Below are positions 1-12,900 of a stretch of DNA of 64,000 nucleotides, piece after piece. The DNA is from Eledone cirrhosa (Eukaryota). The notes under the pieces are model-generated. The model was not told the DNA's origin. It searched no databases and saw only the letters and a program-made list of their open reading frames with translations. Numbering within the stretch: position 1 is the first letter of the stretch; each line of letters starts with the position of its first letter. The DNA lies in contig OZ024744.1 of the NCBI GenBank assembly GCA_964016885.1, forward strand, positions 133,114,001 to 133,178,000. Direction: 5' to 3'. The position numbers and the translations under genes were made by a program.

Positions 1-2226
1 CAACTTAACTTAACCCCAACTTAACTTAGCCCCAACTTAACTTAGCCCCAACTTAACTTAGCCCCAACTTAACTTAACCCCAACTTAACTTAACCGCACC
101 TTAACTTAACCTCAACTTAACTTAACTGCAACTTAACTTAACCCCAACTTAACTTAACCCCAACTTAACTCAAAACCAACTTAACTCAACCCCAACTTAA
201 CTCAACCCCAATTTAACTCAACCCCAACTTAACTCAACCCCAACTTAACTTAACCCCAACTTAACTGAACCCTAACTTAACTTAACCCCGACTTAACTTA
301 ACCCCGACTTAACTTAACCCCAACTTAACTTAACCCCAACTTAACTTAACCCCAACTTAATTTAACCCCATCTTAACCCCAACTTATCTTAACCCCAACT
401 TAACTGAACCCCAACTTAATTTAACCCCAACTTAAATAAACCCCAACTTAACTTAACCCCAACTTAACTTAACCCAAACTTAACTTAACCCCAACTTAAC
501 TCAGCCCCAACTTAACTTAGCCCCAACTTAACTTAACCCCAACTTAACTTAACCCCAACTTAACTTAACCCCAACTTAACTTAACCCCAACTTAACTTAA
601 CCCCAACTTAACTTAAACCCAACTTAACTTAACCCCAACTTAAATTATCCCCAACTTAACTTATCCCCAACTTAACTTAACCCCAACTTAACTTAACCCC
701 AACTTAACTTAACCCCAACTTAATTTAACCCCAACTTAACTTAACCTCAACTTAACTTAACCCCAACTTAACTTAACCCCATCTTAACTTAACCCCAACT
801 TAACTTAACCCCAACTTAACTTAACCCCAACTTAAATTAACCCCAACTTAACTTAACCCCAACTTAATTTAACCCCGACTTAACTTAACCCCAACTTAAC
901 TTAACCCCAACTTAACTTAACCCCAACTTAACTTAACCACAAATTAACTTAACCCCAACTTAACTTAACCCCAACTTAACTTAACCCCAACTTAACTTAA
1001 CCCCAACTTAACGTAACCCCAACTTAACTTAAACCTAACTTAAATTAACCCCAACTTAACCCCAACTTAACTTGACCCCAACTTAACTTAACCCCAACTT
1101 GACTCAACCCCAACTTAACTTAACCCCAACTTAACTCAGCCCCAACTTAACTCAGCCCCAACTTAACTTAGCCACAACTTAACTTAACACCAACTTAACT
1201 TAACCCCAACTTAACTTAACCCCAACTTAACTTAACCCCAACTTAACTTATCCCCAACTTAACTCAACCCCAATTTAACTCAACCCCAACTTAACTCAAC
1301 CCCAACTTAACTTAAACCTAACTTAACTTAACCCCAACTTAACCCCAACTTAACTTGACCCCAACTTAACTGAACCCTAACTTAACTTAACCCCGACTTA
1401 ACTGAACCCTAACTTAACTTAACCCCGACTTAAATTAAGCCCAACTTAACTTAACCCCAACTTAACTCAGCCCCAACTTAACTTAGCCCCAACTTAACTT
1501 AACCCCAACTTAACTTAACCCCAACTTAACTTAACCCCAACTTAACTTAACCCCAACTTAACTTAACCCCAACTTAACTTAACCCCAACTTAACTTAACC
1601 CCAACTTAACTTAAACCTAACTTAAATTAACCCCAACTTAACCCCAACTTAACTTGACCCCAACTTAACTTAACCCCATCTTAACTTAACCCCAACTTAA
1701 CTTAACCCCAACTTAACTTAACCCCAACTTAAATTAACCCCAACTTAACTTAACCCCAACTTAACTTAACCCCGACTTAACTTAACCCCAACTTAACTTA
1801 ACCCCAACTTAACTTAGCCCCAACTTAACTTAACCACAAATTAACTTAACCCCAACTTAACTTAACCCCAACTTAACTTAACCCCAACTTAACTTAACCC
1901 CAACTTAACTTAACCCCAACTTAACTTAAACCTAACTTAACTTAACCCCAACTTAACCCCAACTTAACTTGACCCCAACTTAACTTAACCCCAACTTAAC
2001 TCAACCCCAACTTAACTTAACCCCAACTTAACTCAGCCCCAACTTAACTCAGCCCCAACTTAACTTAGCCACAACTTAACTTAGCCCCAACTTAACTTAA
2101 CCCCAACTTAACTTAACCCCAACTTAACTTAACCCCAACTTAACTTAACCACAAATTAACTTAACCCCAACTTAACTTAACCCCAACTTAACTTAACCCC
2201 AACTTAACTTAACCCCAACTTAACTT

Positions 2227-2668
2227 AAACCTAACTTAACTTAACCCCAACTTAACCCCAACTTAACTTGACCCCAACTTAACTTAACCCCAACTTAACT
2301 CAACCCCAACTTAACTTAACCCCAACTTAACTCAGCCCCAACTTAACTCAGCCCCAACTTAACTTAGCCCCAACTTAACTTAACACCAACTTAACTTAAC
2401 CCCAACTTAACTTAACCCCAACTTAACTTAACCCCAACTTAACTTATCCCCAACTTGACTGAACCCCAACTTAACTTAACCCCAACTTAATATAACCCCA
2501 ACTTAACTTAACCCCAACTTAGCTCAACCCCAACTTAAATTAACCCCAACTTAACTTAACCCCAACTTAACTTCACCCCAACTTAATTAACCCCAACTTA
2601 AATTAACCCCAACTTAACTTAACACCAACTTAACGTAACCCCAACTTAACTTAACCCCAACTTAACTT
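2227..2668 (+). repeat. Representative 442-bp higher-order repeat unit (28 monomers: 26 x 16 + 11 + 15)
   Basis: The AAACCT marker recurs at 442 bp: 2232/2674, 7277/7719, 13644/14086, 15002/15444. The variant order is conserved: AAACCT, 11-mer, GACCCC, TCAACCCC, TCAGCCCC x2, TAGCCCC, AACACC, TATCCCC, TGAACCCC, ATATAACCCC, 15-mer, AACACC, ACGTAACCCC. Confidence 0.85.
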
Positions 2669-4750
2669 AAACCTAACTTAACTTAACCCCAACTTAACCC
2701 CAACTTAACTTGACCCCAACTTAACTTAACCCCAACTTAACTCAACCCCAACTTAACTTAACCCCAACTTAACTCAGCCCCAACTTAACTCAGCCCCAAC
2801 TTAACCTAGCCCCAACTTAACTTAACACCAACTTAACTTAACCCCAACTTAACTTAACCCCAACTTAACTTAACCCCAACTTAATTTATCCCCAACTTAA
2901 CTGAACCCCAACTTAACTGAACCCCAACTTAAATTAACCCCAACTTAACTTAACCCCAACTTAACTTAACCCCAACTTAACTCAACACCAACTTAACTCA
3001 ACCCCAACTTAACTCAACCCCAATTTAACTCAACCCCAACTTAACTCAACCCCGACTTAAGTTAACCCCAACTTAACTGAACCCTAACTTAACTTAACCC
3101 CGACTTAACTTAACCCCGACTTAACTTAACCCCAACTTAACTTAACCCCAACTTAACTTAACCCCAACTTAACTTAACCCCAACTTAATTTAACCCCATC
3201 TTAACCCCAACTTAACTTAACCCCAACTTAACTGAACCCCAACTTAACTTAACCCCAACTTAAATAAACCCCAACTTAACTCAGCCCCAACTTAACTTAG
3301 CCCCAACTTAACTTAACCCCAACTTAACTTAACCCCAACTTAACTTAACCCCAACTTAACTTAACCCCAACTTAACTTAACCCCAACTTAACTTAAACCC
3401 AACTTAACTTAACCCCAACTTAAATTATCCCCAACTTAACTTATCCCCAACTTAACTTAACCCCAACTTAACTTAACCCCAACTTAACTTAACCCCAACT
3501 TAATTTAACCCCAACTTAACTTAACCTCAACTTAACTTAACCCCAACTTAACTTAACCCCATCTTAACTTAACCCCAACTTAACTTAACCCCAACTTAAC
3601 TTAACCCCAACTTAAATTAACCCCAACTTAACTTAACCCCAACTTAACTTAACCCCGACTTAACTTAACCCCAACTTAACTTAACCCCAACTTAACTTAA
3701 CCCCAACTTAACCCCAACTTAACTTGACCCCAACTTAACTTAACCCCAACTTAACTCAACCCCAACTTAACTTAACCCCAACTTAACTCAGCCCCAACTT
3801 AACTCAGCCCCAACTTAACTTAGCCCCAACTTAACTTAACACCAACTTAACTTAACCCCACCTTAACTTAACCCCAACTTAACTTAACCCCAACTTAACT
3901 TATCCCCAACTTAACTGAACCCCAACTTAACTTAACCCCAACTTAATATAACCCCAACTTAACTTAACCCCAACTTAACTCAACCCCAACTTAAATTAAC
4001 CCCAACTTAACTTAACCCCAACTTAACTTAACCCCAACTTAATTAACCCCAATTTAAATTAACCCCAACTTAACTTAACACCAACTTAACGTAACCCCAA
4101 CTTAATTTAACCCCAACTTAAATTAACCCCAACTTAACTTGCCCCCAACTTAACTTACCCCCAACGTAACTTAACCCCAACTTAATTTAACCCCAACTTA
4201 ATTTAACCCCAACTTAACTCAACCCCAAATTAACTCAACCCCAACTTAACTCAACCCCAACTTAACTTAACCCCAACTTAACTTAACCCCAACTTAACTT
4301 AACCACAAATTAACTTAGCCCCAACTTAAATTAACCCCAACTTAACTCAACCACAACTTAACTTAACCCCGAGCTAACTTAACCCCAACTTAACTTAACC
4401 CCAACTTAACTTAACCCCAACTTCACTCAACCCCAACTTAACTCAACCCCAACTTAACCCCAACTTAACTTAACCCCAACTTAAATTAACCACAAAGTTA
4501 ACTTAACCCCAATTTAAATTAACCCCAACTTAACTTAACCCCAACTTAACATAACCACCACTTAATTAACCCCAACTTAACTCAACCCCAACTTAACTTA
4601 ACCCTAACTTAACTTAACCCCAACTTAACCGCAACTTAACTTAACCCCAACTTAACTTACCCCCAACTTAACTTACCCCCAACTTAACTGAACCCCAACT
4701 TAAGTTAAGCCTAACTTAACTTAACGCCAACTTAACTTAACCCCGACTTA

Positions 4751-4923
4751 GGGCATAAGTTAAGTTGGGGCTAAGTTAAGTTGGGGTTAAGTCAAGTTGG
4801 AAGTTGTGGTTGAGTGAAGTTGGGGTTAAGTTAAGTTGGGGTTGAGTGAAGTTGGGGTTAAGTTAAGTTGGGGTTGAGTTACGTTGGGGTTGAGTGAAGT
4901 TGGGGTTAAGTTAAGTTGGGGTT
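4751..4923 (-). repeat. Inverted satellite block, copy 1 (173 bp, type A, starts GGGCATAAG)
   Basis: Orientation switches at CCCCGACTTA|GGGCATAAGTTAAGTT. Ten reversed 16-mers, one 7-bp truncated unit (GGAAGTT) and a final GGGGTT follow, then the array switches back at GGGGTT|AACCCC. Confidence 0.97.
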
Positions 4924-7900
4924 AACCCCAACTTAACTTAACCCCAACTTAGCTTAACCCCCAACTTAACTTAACCCCAACTTAACTTAACCCCAACTTA
5001 ACTTAAACCTAACTTACTTAACCCCAGCTTAACCCCAACTTAACTTGACCCCAACTTAACTTAACCCCAACTTAACTCAGCCCCAACTTAACTCAGCCCC
5101 AACTTAACTTAGCCCCAACTTAACTTAACACCAACTTAACTTAACCCCAACTTAACTTAACCCCAACTTAACTTAACCCCAACTTAACTTGACCCCAACT
5201 TAACTCAACCCCAACTTAAATTAACCCCAACTTAACTTAACCCCAACTTAACTTGACCCCAACTTAACTTAACCCCAACTTAACTTAAACCCAACTTAAC
5301 TTAACCCCAACTTAACTTAACCCCAACTTAACTTAACCCCAACTTAACCCCAAATTAAATTAACCTCAACTTAACTTAACCCCAACTTAACTTAGCCCCA
5401 ACTTAACTTAGCCCCAACTTAACTTAGCCCCAACTTAACTTAACCCCAACTTAACTTAACCGCACCTTAACTTAACCTCAACTTAACTTAACTGCAACTT
5501 AACTTAACCCCAACTTAACTTAACCCCAATTTAACTCAACCCCAACTTAACTCAACCCCAACTTAACTTAACCCCAACTTAACTGAACCCTAACTTAACT
5601 TAACCCCGACTTAACTTAACCCCGACTTAACTTAACCCCAACTTAACTTAACCCCAACTTAACTTAACCCCAACTTAATTTAACCCCATCTTAACCCCAA
5701 CTTATCTTAACCCCAACTTAACTGAACCCCAACTTAATTTAACCCCAACTTAAATAAACCCCAACTTAACTTAACCCCAACTTAACTTAACCCCAACTTA
5801 ACTTAACCCCAACTTAACTCAGCCCCAACTTAACTTAGCCCCAACTTAACTTAACCCCAACTTAACTTAACCCCAACTTAACTTAAACCCAACTTAACTT
5901 AACCCCAACTTAAATTATCCCCAACTTAACTTATCCCCAACTTAACTTAACCCCAACTTAACTTAACCCCAACTTAACTTAACCCCAACTTAATTTAACC
6001 CCAACTTAACTTAACCTCAACTTAACTTAACCCCAACTTAACTTAACCCCATCTTAACTTAACCCCAACTTAACTTAACCCCAACTTAACTTAACCCCAA
6101 CTTAAATTAACCCCAACTTAACTTAACCCCAACTTAATTTAACCCCGACTTAACTTAACCCCAACTTAACTTAACCCCAACTTAACTTAACCCCAACTTA
6201 ACTTAACCACAAATTAACTTAACCCCAACTTAACTTAACCCCAACTTAACTTAACCCCAACTTAACTTAACCCCAACTTAACTTAACCCCAACTTAACTT
6301 AAACCTAACTTAAATTAACCCCAACTTAACCCCAACTTAACTTGACCCCAACTTAACTTAACCCCAACTTAACTCAACCCCAACTTAACTTAACCCCAAC
6401 TTAACTCAGCCCCAACTTAACTCAGCCCCAACTTAACTTAGCCACAACTTAACTTAACACCAACTTAACTTAACCCCAACTTAACTTAACCCCAACTTAA
6501 CTTAACCCCAACTTAACTTATCCCCAACTTAACTCAACCCCAATTTAACTCAACCCCAACTTAACTCAACCCCAACTTAACTTAACCCCAACTTAACTGA
6601 ACCCTAACTTAACTTAACCCCGACTTAAATTAAGCCCAACTTAACTTAACCCCAACTTAACTCAGCCCCAACTTAACTTAGCCCCAACTTAACTTAACCC
6701 CAACTTAACTTAACCCCAACTTAACTTAACCCCAACTTAACTTAACCCCAACTTAACTTAAACCCAACTTAACTTAACCCCAACTTAAATTATCCCCAAC
6801 TTAACTTATCCCCAACTTAACTTAACCCCAACTTGACTTAACCCCAACTTAACTTAACCCCAACTTAATTTAACCCCAACTTAACTTAACCCCAACTTAA
6901 TTCAACCCCAACTTAAATTAACCCCAACTTAACTTAACCCCAACTTAACTTAACCACAAATTAACTTAACCCCAACTTAACTTAACCCCAACTTAACTTA
7001 ACCCCAACTTAACTTGACCCCAACTTAACTTAACCCCAACTTAACTCAACCCCAACTTAACTTAACCCCAACTTAACTCAGCCCCAACTTAACTCAGCCC
7101 CAACTTAACTTAGCCACAACTTAACTTAGCCCCAACTTAACTTAACCCCAACTTAACTTAACCCCAACTTAACTTAACCCCAACTTAACTTAACCACAAA
7201 TTAACTTAACCCCAACTTAACTTAACCCCAACTTAACTTAACCCCAACTTAACTTAACCCCAACTTAACTTAAACCTAACTTAACCTAACCCCAACTTAA
7301 CCCCAACTTAACTTGACCCCAACTTAACTTAACCCCAACTTAACTCAACCCCAACGTAACTTAACCCCAACTTAACTCAGCCCCAACTTAACTCAGCCCC
7401 AACTTAACTTAGCCCCAACTTAACTTAACACCAACTTAACTTAACCCCAACTTAACTTAACCCCAACTTAACTTAACCCCAACTTAACTTATCCCCAACT
7501 TAACTGAACCCCAACTTAACTTAACCCCAACTTAATATAACCCCAACTTAACTTAACCCCAACTTAACTCAACCCCAACTTAAATTAACCCCAACTTAAC
7601 TTAACCCCAACTTAACTTAACCCCAACTTAATTAACCCCAACTTAAATTAACCCCAACTTAACTTAACACCAACTTAACGTAACCCCAACTTAACTTAAC
7701 CCCAACTTAACTTAAACCTAACTTAACTTAACCCCAACTTAACCCCAACTTAACTTGACCCCAACTTAACTTAACCCCAACTTAACTCAACCCCAACTTA
7801 ACTTAACCCCAACTTAACTCAGCCCCAACTTAACTCAGCCCCAACTTAACCTAGCCCCAACTTAACTTAACACCAACTTAACTTAACCCCAACTTAACTT

Positions 7901-9795
7901 AACCCCAACTTAACTTAACCCCAACTTAATTTATCCCCAACTTAACTGAACCCCAACTTAACTGAACCCCAACTTAAATTAACCCCAACTTAACTTAACC
8001 CCAACTTAACTTAACCCCAACTTAACTCAACACCAACTTAACTCAACCCCAACTTAACTCAACCCCAATTTAACTCAACCCCAACTTAACTCAACCCCGA
8101 CTTAAGTTAACCCCAACTTAACTGAACCCTAACTTAACTTAACCCCGACTTAACTTAACCCCGACTTAACTTAACCCCAACTTAACTTAACCCCAACTTA
8201 ACTTAACCCCAACTTAACTTAACCCCAACTTAATTTAACCCCATCTTAACCCCAACTTAACTTAACCCCAACTTAACTGAACCCCAACTTAACTTAACCC
8301 CAACTTAAATAAACCCCAACTTAACTCAGCCCCAACTTAACTTAGCCCCAACTTAACTTAACCCCAACTTAACTTAACCCCAACTTAACTTAACCCCAAC
8401 TTAACTTAACCCCAACTTAACTTAACCCCAACTTAACTTAAACCCAACTTAACTTAACCCCAACTTAAATTATCCCCAACTTAACTTATCCCCAACTTAA
8501 CTTAACCCCAACTTAACTTAACCCCAACTTAACTTAACCCCAACTTAATTTAACCCCAACTTAACTTAACCTCAACTTAACTTAACCCCAACTTAACTTA
8601 ACCCCATCTTAACTTAACCCCAACTTAACTTAACCCCAACTTAACTTAACCCCAACTTTAATTAACCCCAACTTAACTTAACCCCAACTTAACTTAACCC
8701 CGACTTAACTTAACCCCAACTTAACTTAACCCCAACTTAACTTAACCCCAACTTAACCCCAACTTAACTTGACCCCAACTTAACTTAACCCCAACTTAAC
8801 TCAACCCCAACTTAACTTAACCCCAACTTAACTCAGCCCCAACTTAACTCAGTCCCAACTTAACTTAGCCCCAACTTAACTTAACACCAACTTAACTTAA
8901 CCCCACCTTAACTTAACCCCAACTTAACTTAACCCCAACTTAACTTATCCCCAACTTAACTGAACCCCAACTTAACTTAACCCCAACTTAATATAACCCC
9001 AACTTAACTTAACCCCAACTTAACTCAACCCCAACTTAAATTAACCCCAACTTAACTTAACCCCAACTTAACTTAACCCCAACTTAATTAACCCCAATTT
9101 AAATTAACCCCAACTTAACTTAACACCAACTTAACGTAACCCCAACTTAATTTAACCCCAACTTAAATTAACCCCAACTTAACTTGCCCCCAACTTAACT
9201 TACCCCCAACGTAACTTAACCCCAACTTAATTTAACCCCAACTTAATTTAACCCCAACTTAACTTAACCCCAAATTAACTCAACCCCAACTTAACTCAAC
9301 CCCAACTTAACTTAACCCCAACTTAACTTAACCCCAACTTAACTTAACCACAAATTAACTTAGCCCCAACTTAAATTAACCCCAACTTAACTCAACCACA
9401 ACTTAACTTAACCCCGAGCTAACTTAACCCCAACTTAACTTAACCCCAACTTAACTTAACCCCAACTTCACTCAACCCCAACTTAACTCAACCCCAACTT
9501 AACCCCAACTTAACTTAACCCCAACTTAAATTAACCACAAAGTTAACTTAACCCCAATTTAAATTAACCCCAACTTAACTTAACCCCAACTTAACATAAC
9601 CACCACTTAATTAACCCCAACTTAACTCAACCCCAACTTAACTTAACCCTAACTTAACTTAACCCCAACTTAACCGCAACTTAACTTAACCCCAACTTAA
9701 CTTACCCCCAACTTAACTTACCCCCAACTTAACTGAACCCCAACTTAAGTTAAGCCTAACTTAACTTAACGCCAACTTAACTTAACCCCGACTTA

Positions 9796-9968
9796 GGGCA
9801 TAAGTTAAGTTGGGGCTAAGTTAAGTTGGGGTTAAGTCAAGTTGGAAGTTGTGGTTGAGTGAAGTTGGGGTTAAGTTAAGTTGGGGTTGAGTGAAGTTGG
9901 GGTTAAGTTAAGTTGGGGTTGAGTTACGTTGGGGTTGAGTGAAGTTGGGGTTAAGTTAAGTTGGGGTT
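9796..9968 (-). repeat. Inverted satellite block, copy 2 (173 bp, type A)
   Basis: Same sequence and junctions as copy 1, including GGGCATAAG and the downstream AACTTAGCTTAACCCCC variant; offset 5045 bp. Confidence 0.97.
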
Positions 9969-12900
9969 AACCCCAACTTAACTTAACCCCAACTTAGCTT
10001 AACCCCCAACTTAACTTAACCCCAACTTAACTTAACCCCAACTTAACTTAAACCTAACTTACTTAACCCCAGCTTAACCCCAACTTAACTTGACCCCAAC
10101 TTAACTTAACCCCAACTTAACTCAGCCCCAACTTAACTCAGCCCCAACTTAACTTAGCCCCAACTTAACTTAACACCAACTTAACTTAACCCCAACTTAA
10201 CTTAACCCCAACTTAACTTAACCCCAACTTAACTTGACCCCAACTTAACTCAACCCCAACTTAAATTAACCCCAACTTAACTTAACCCCAACTTAACTTG
10301 ACCCCAACTTAACTTAACCCCAACTTAACTTAAACCCAACTTAACTTAACCCCAATTTAACTTAACCCCAACTTAACTTAACCCCAACTTAACCCCAAAT
10401 TAAATTAACCTCAACTTAACTTAACCCCAACTTAACTTAGCCCCAACTTAACTTAGCCCCAACTTAACTTAGCCCCAACTTAACTTAACCCCAACTTAAC
10501 TTAACCGCACCTTAACTTAACCTCAACTTAACTTAACTGCAACTTAACTTAACCCCAACTTAACTTAACCCCAACTTAACTCAAAACCAACTTAACTCAA
10601 CCCCAACTTAACTCAACCCCAATTTAACTCAACCCCAACTTAACTCAACCCCAACTTAACTTAACCCCAACTTAACTGAACCCTAACTTAACTTAACCCC
10701 GACTTAACTTAACCCCGACTTAACTTAACCCCAACTTAACTTAACCCCAACTTAACTTAACCCCAACTTAATTTAACCCCATCTTAACCCCAACTTATCT
10801 TAACCCCAACTTAACTGAACCCCAACTTAATTTAACCCCAACTTAAATAAACCCCAACTTAACTTAACCCCAACTTAACTTAACCCCAACTTAACTTAAC
10901 CCCAACTTAACTCAGCCCCAACTTAACTTAGCCCCAACTTAACTTAACCCCAACTTAACTTAACCCCAACTTAACTTAACCCCAACTTAACTTAACCCCA
11001 ACTTAACTTAACCCCAACTTAACTTAAACCCAACTTAACTTAACCCCAACTTAAATTATCCCCAACTTAACTTATCCCCAACTTAACTTAACCCCAACTT
11101 AACTTAACCCCAACTTAACTTAACCCCAACTTAATTTAACCCCAACTTAACTTAACCTCAACTTAACTTAACCCCAACTTAACTTAACCCCATCTTAACT
11201 TAACCCCAACTTAACTTAACCCCAACTTAACTTAACCCCAACTTAAATTAACCCCAACTTAACTTAACCCCAACTTAATTTAACCCCGACTTAACTTAAC
11301 CCCAACTTAACTTAACCCCAACTTAACTTAACCCCAACTTAACTTAACCCCAACTTAACTTAAACCTAACTTAAATTAACCCCAACTTAACCCCAACTTA
11401 ACTTGACCCCAACTTAACTTAACCCCAACTTAACTCAACCCCAACTTAACTTAACCCCAACTTAACTCAGCCCCAACTTAACTCAGCCCCAACTTAACTT
11501 AGCCACAACTTAACTTAACACCAACTTAACTTAACCCCAACTTAACTTAACCCCAACTTAACTTAACCCCAACTTAACTTATCCCCAACTTAACTCAACC
11601 CCAATTTAACTCAACCCCAACTTAACTCAACCCCAACTTAACTTAACCCCAACTTAACTGAACCCTAACTTAACTTAACCCCGACTTAAATTAAGCCCAA
11701 CTTAACTTAACCCCAACTTAACTCAGCCCCAACTTAACTTAGCCCCAACTTAACTTAACCCCAACTTAACTTAACCCCAACTTAACTTAACCCCAACTTA
11801 ACTTAACCCCAACTTAACTTAACCCCAACTTAACTTAAACCCAACTTAACTTAACCCCAACTTAAATTATCCCCAACTTAACTTATCCCCAACTTAACTT
11901 AACCCCAACTTGACTTAACCCCAACTTAACTTAACCCCAACTTAATTTAACCCCAACTTAACTTAACCCCAACTTAATTCAACCCCAACTTAACTTAACC
12001 CCAACTTAACTTAACCCCAACTTAACTTAACCCCAACTTAACTTAACCCCAACTTAACTTAACCACAAATTAACTTAACCCCAACTTAACTTAACCCCAA
12101 CTTAACTTAACCCCAACTTAACTTAACCCCAACTTAACTTAAACCTAACTTAACTTAACCCCAACTTAACCCCAACTTAACTTGACCCCAACTTAACTTA
12201 ACCCCAACTTAAATTAACCCCAACTTAACTTAACCCCAACTTAACTTAACCCCGACTTAACTTAACCCCAACTTAACTTAACCCCAACTTAACTTAACCC
12301 CAACTTAACTTAACCAGAAATTAACTTAACCCCAACTTAACTTAACCCCAACTTAACTTAACCCCAACTTAACTTAACCCCAACTTAACTCAGCCCCAAC
12401 TTAACTTAGCCCCAACTTAACTTAACCCCAACTTAACTTAACCCCAACTTAACTTAACCCCAACTTAACTTAACCCCAACTTAACTTAACCCCAACTTAA
12501 CTTAACCCCAACTTAAATAAACCCCAACTTAACTTAACCCCAACTTAACTTAACCCCAACTTAACTTAACCCCAACTTAACTCAGCCCCAACTTAACTTA
12601 GCCCCAACTTAACTTAACCCCAACTTAACTTAACCCCAACTTAACTTAACCCCAACTTAACTTAACCCCAACTTAACTTAAACCCAACTTAACTTAACCC
12701 CAACTTAAATAAACCCCAACTTAACTTAACCCCAACTTAACTTAACCCCAACTTAACTAAACCCCAACTTAACTCAGCCCCAACTTAACTTAGCCCCAAC
12801 TTAACTTAACCCCAACTTAACTTAACCCCAACTTAACTTAACCCCAACTTAACTTAACCCCAACTTAACTTGACCCCAACTTAACTTAACCCCAACTTAA

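Larger units (their letters stand above)
2000..10560 (+). repeat. Duplicated array segment, offset 5045 bp (about 2000-5500 vs about 7050-10560)
   Basis: AAACCT 2232/7277, CCGAGCT 4371/9416 and inversion starts 4751/9796 all differ by 5045. Ends are approximate. Confidence 0.8.

Noticed and set aside
4748-4753. TTAGGG canonical telomere hexamer at the left junction, and scattered CCCTAA/GCCTAA
   Set aside because: These are single copies formed by the junction or by one substitution, not tandem telomeric tracts.
4751-4923. Inverted block as a MITE or a recombinase-controlled invertible switch
   Set aside because: It consists only of satellite monomers, with no distinct terminal inverted repeats, target-site duplication or recombinase gene. 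All copies share flanking variants and orientation, so they spread by segmental duplication.
4897-4950. Palindrome as an intrinsic terminator or structured ncRNA gene
   Set aside because: There is no loop, U-tract or upstream gene. The symmetry follows directly from the orientation switch.
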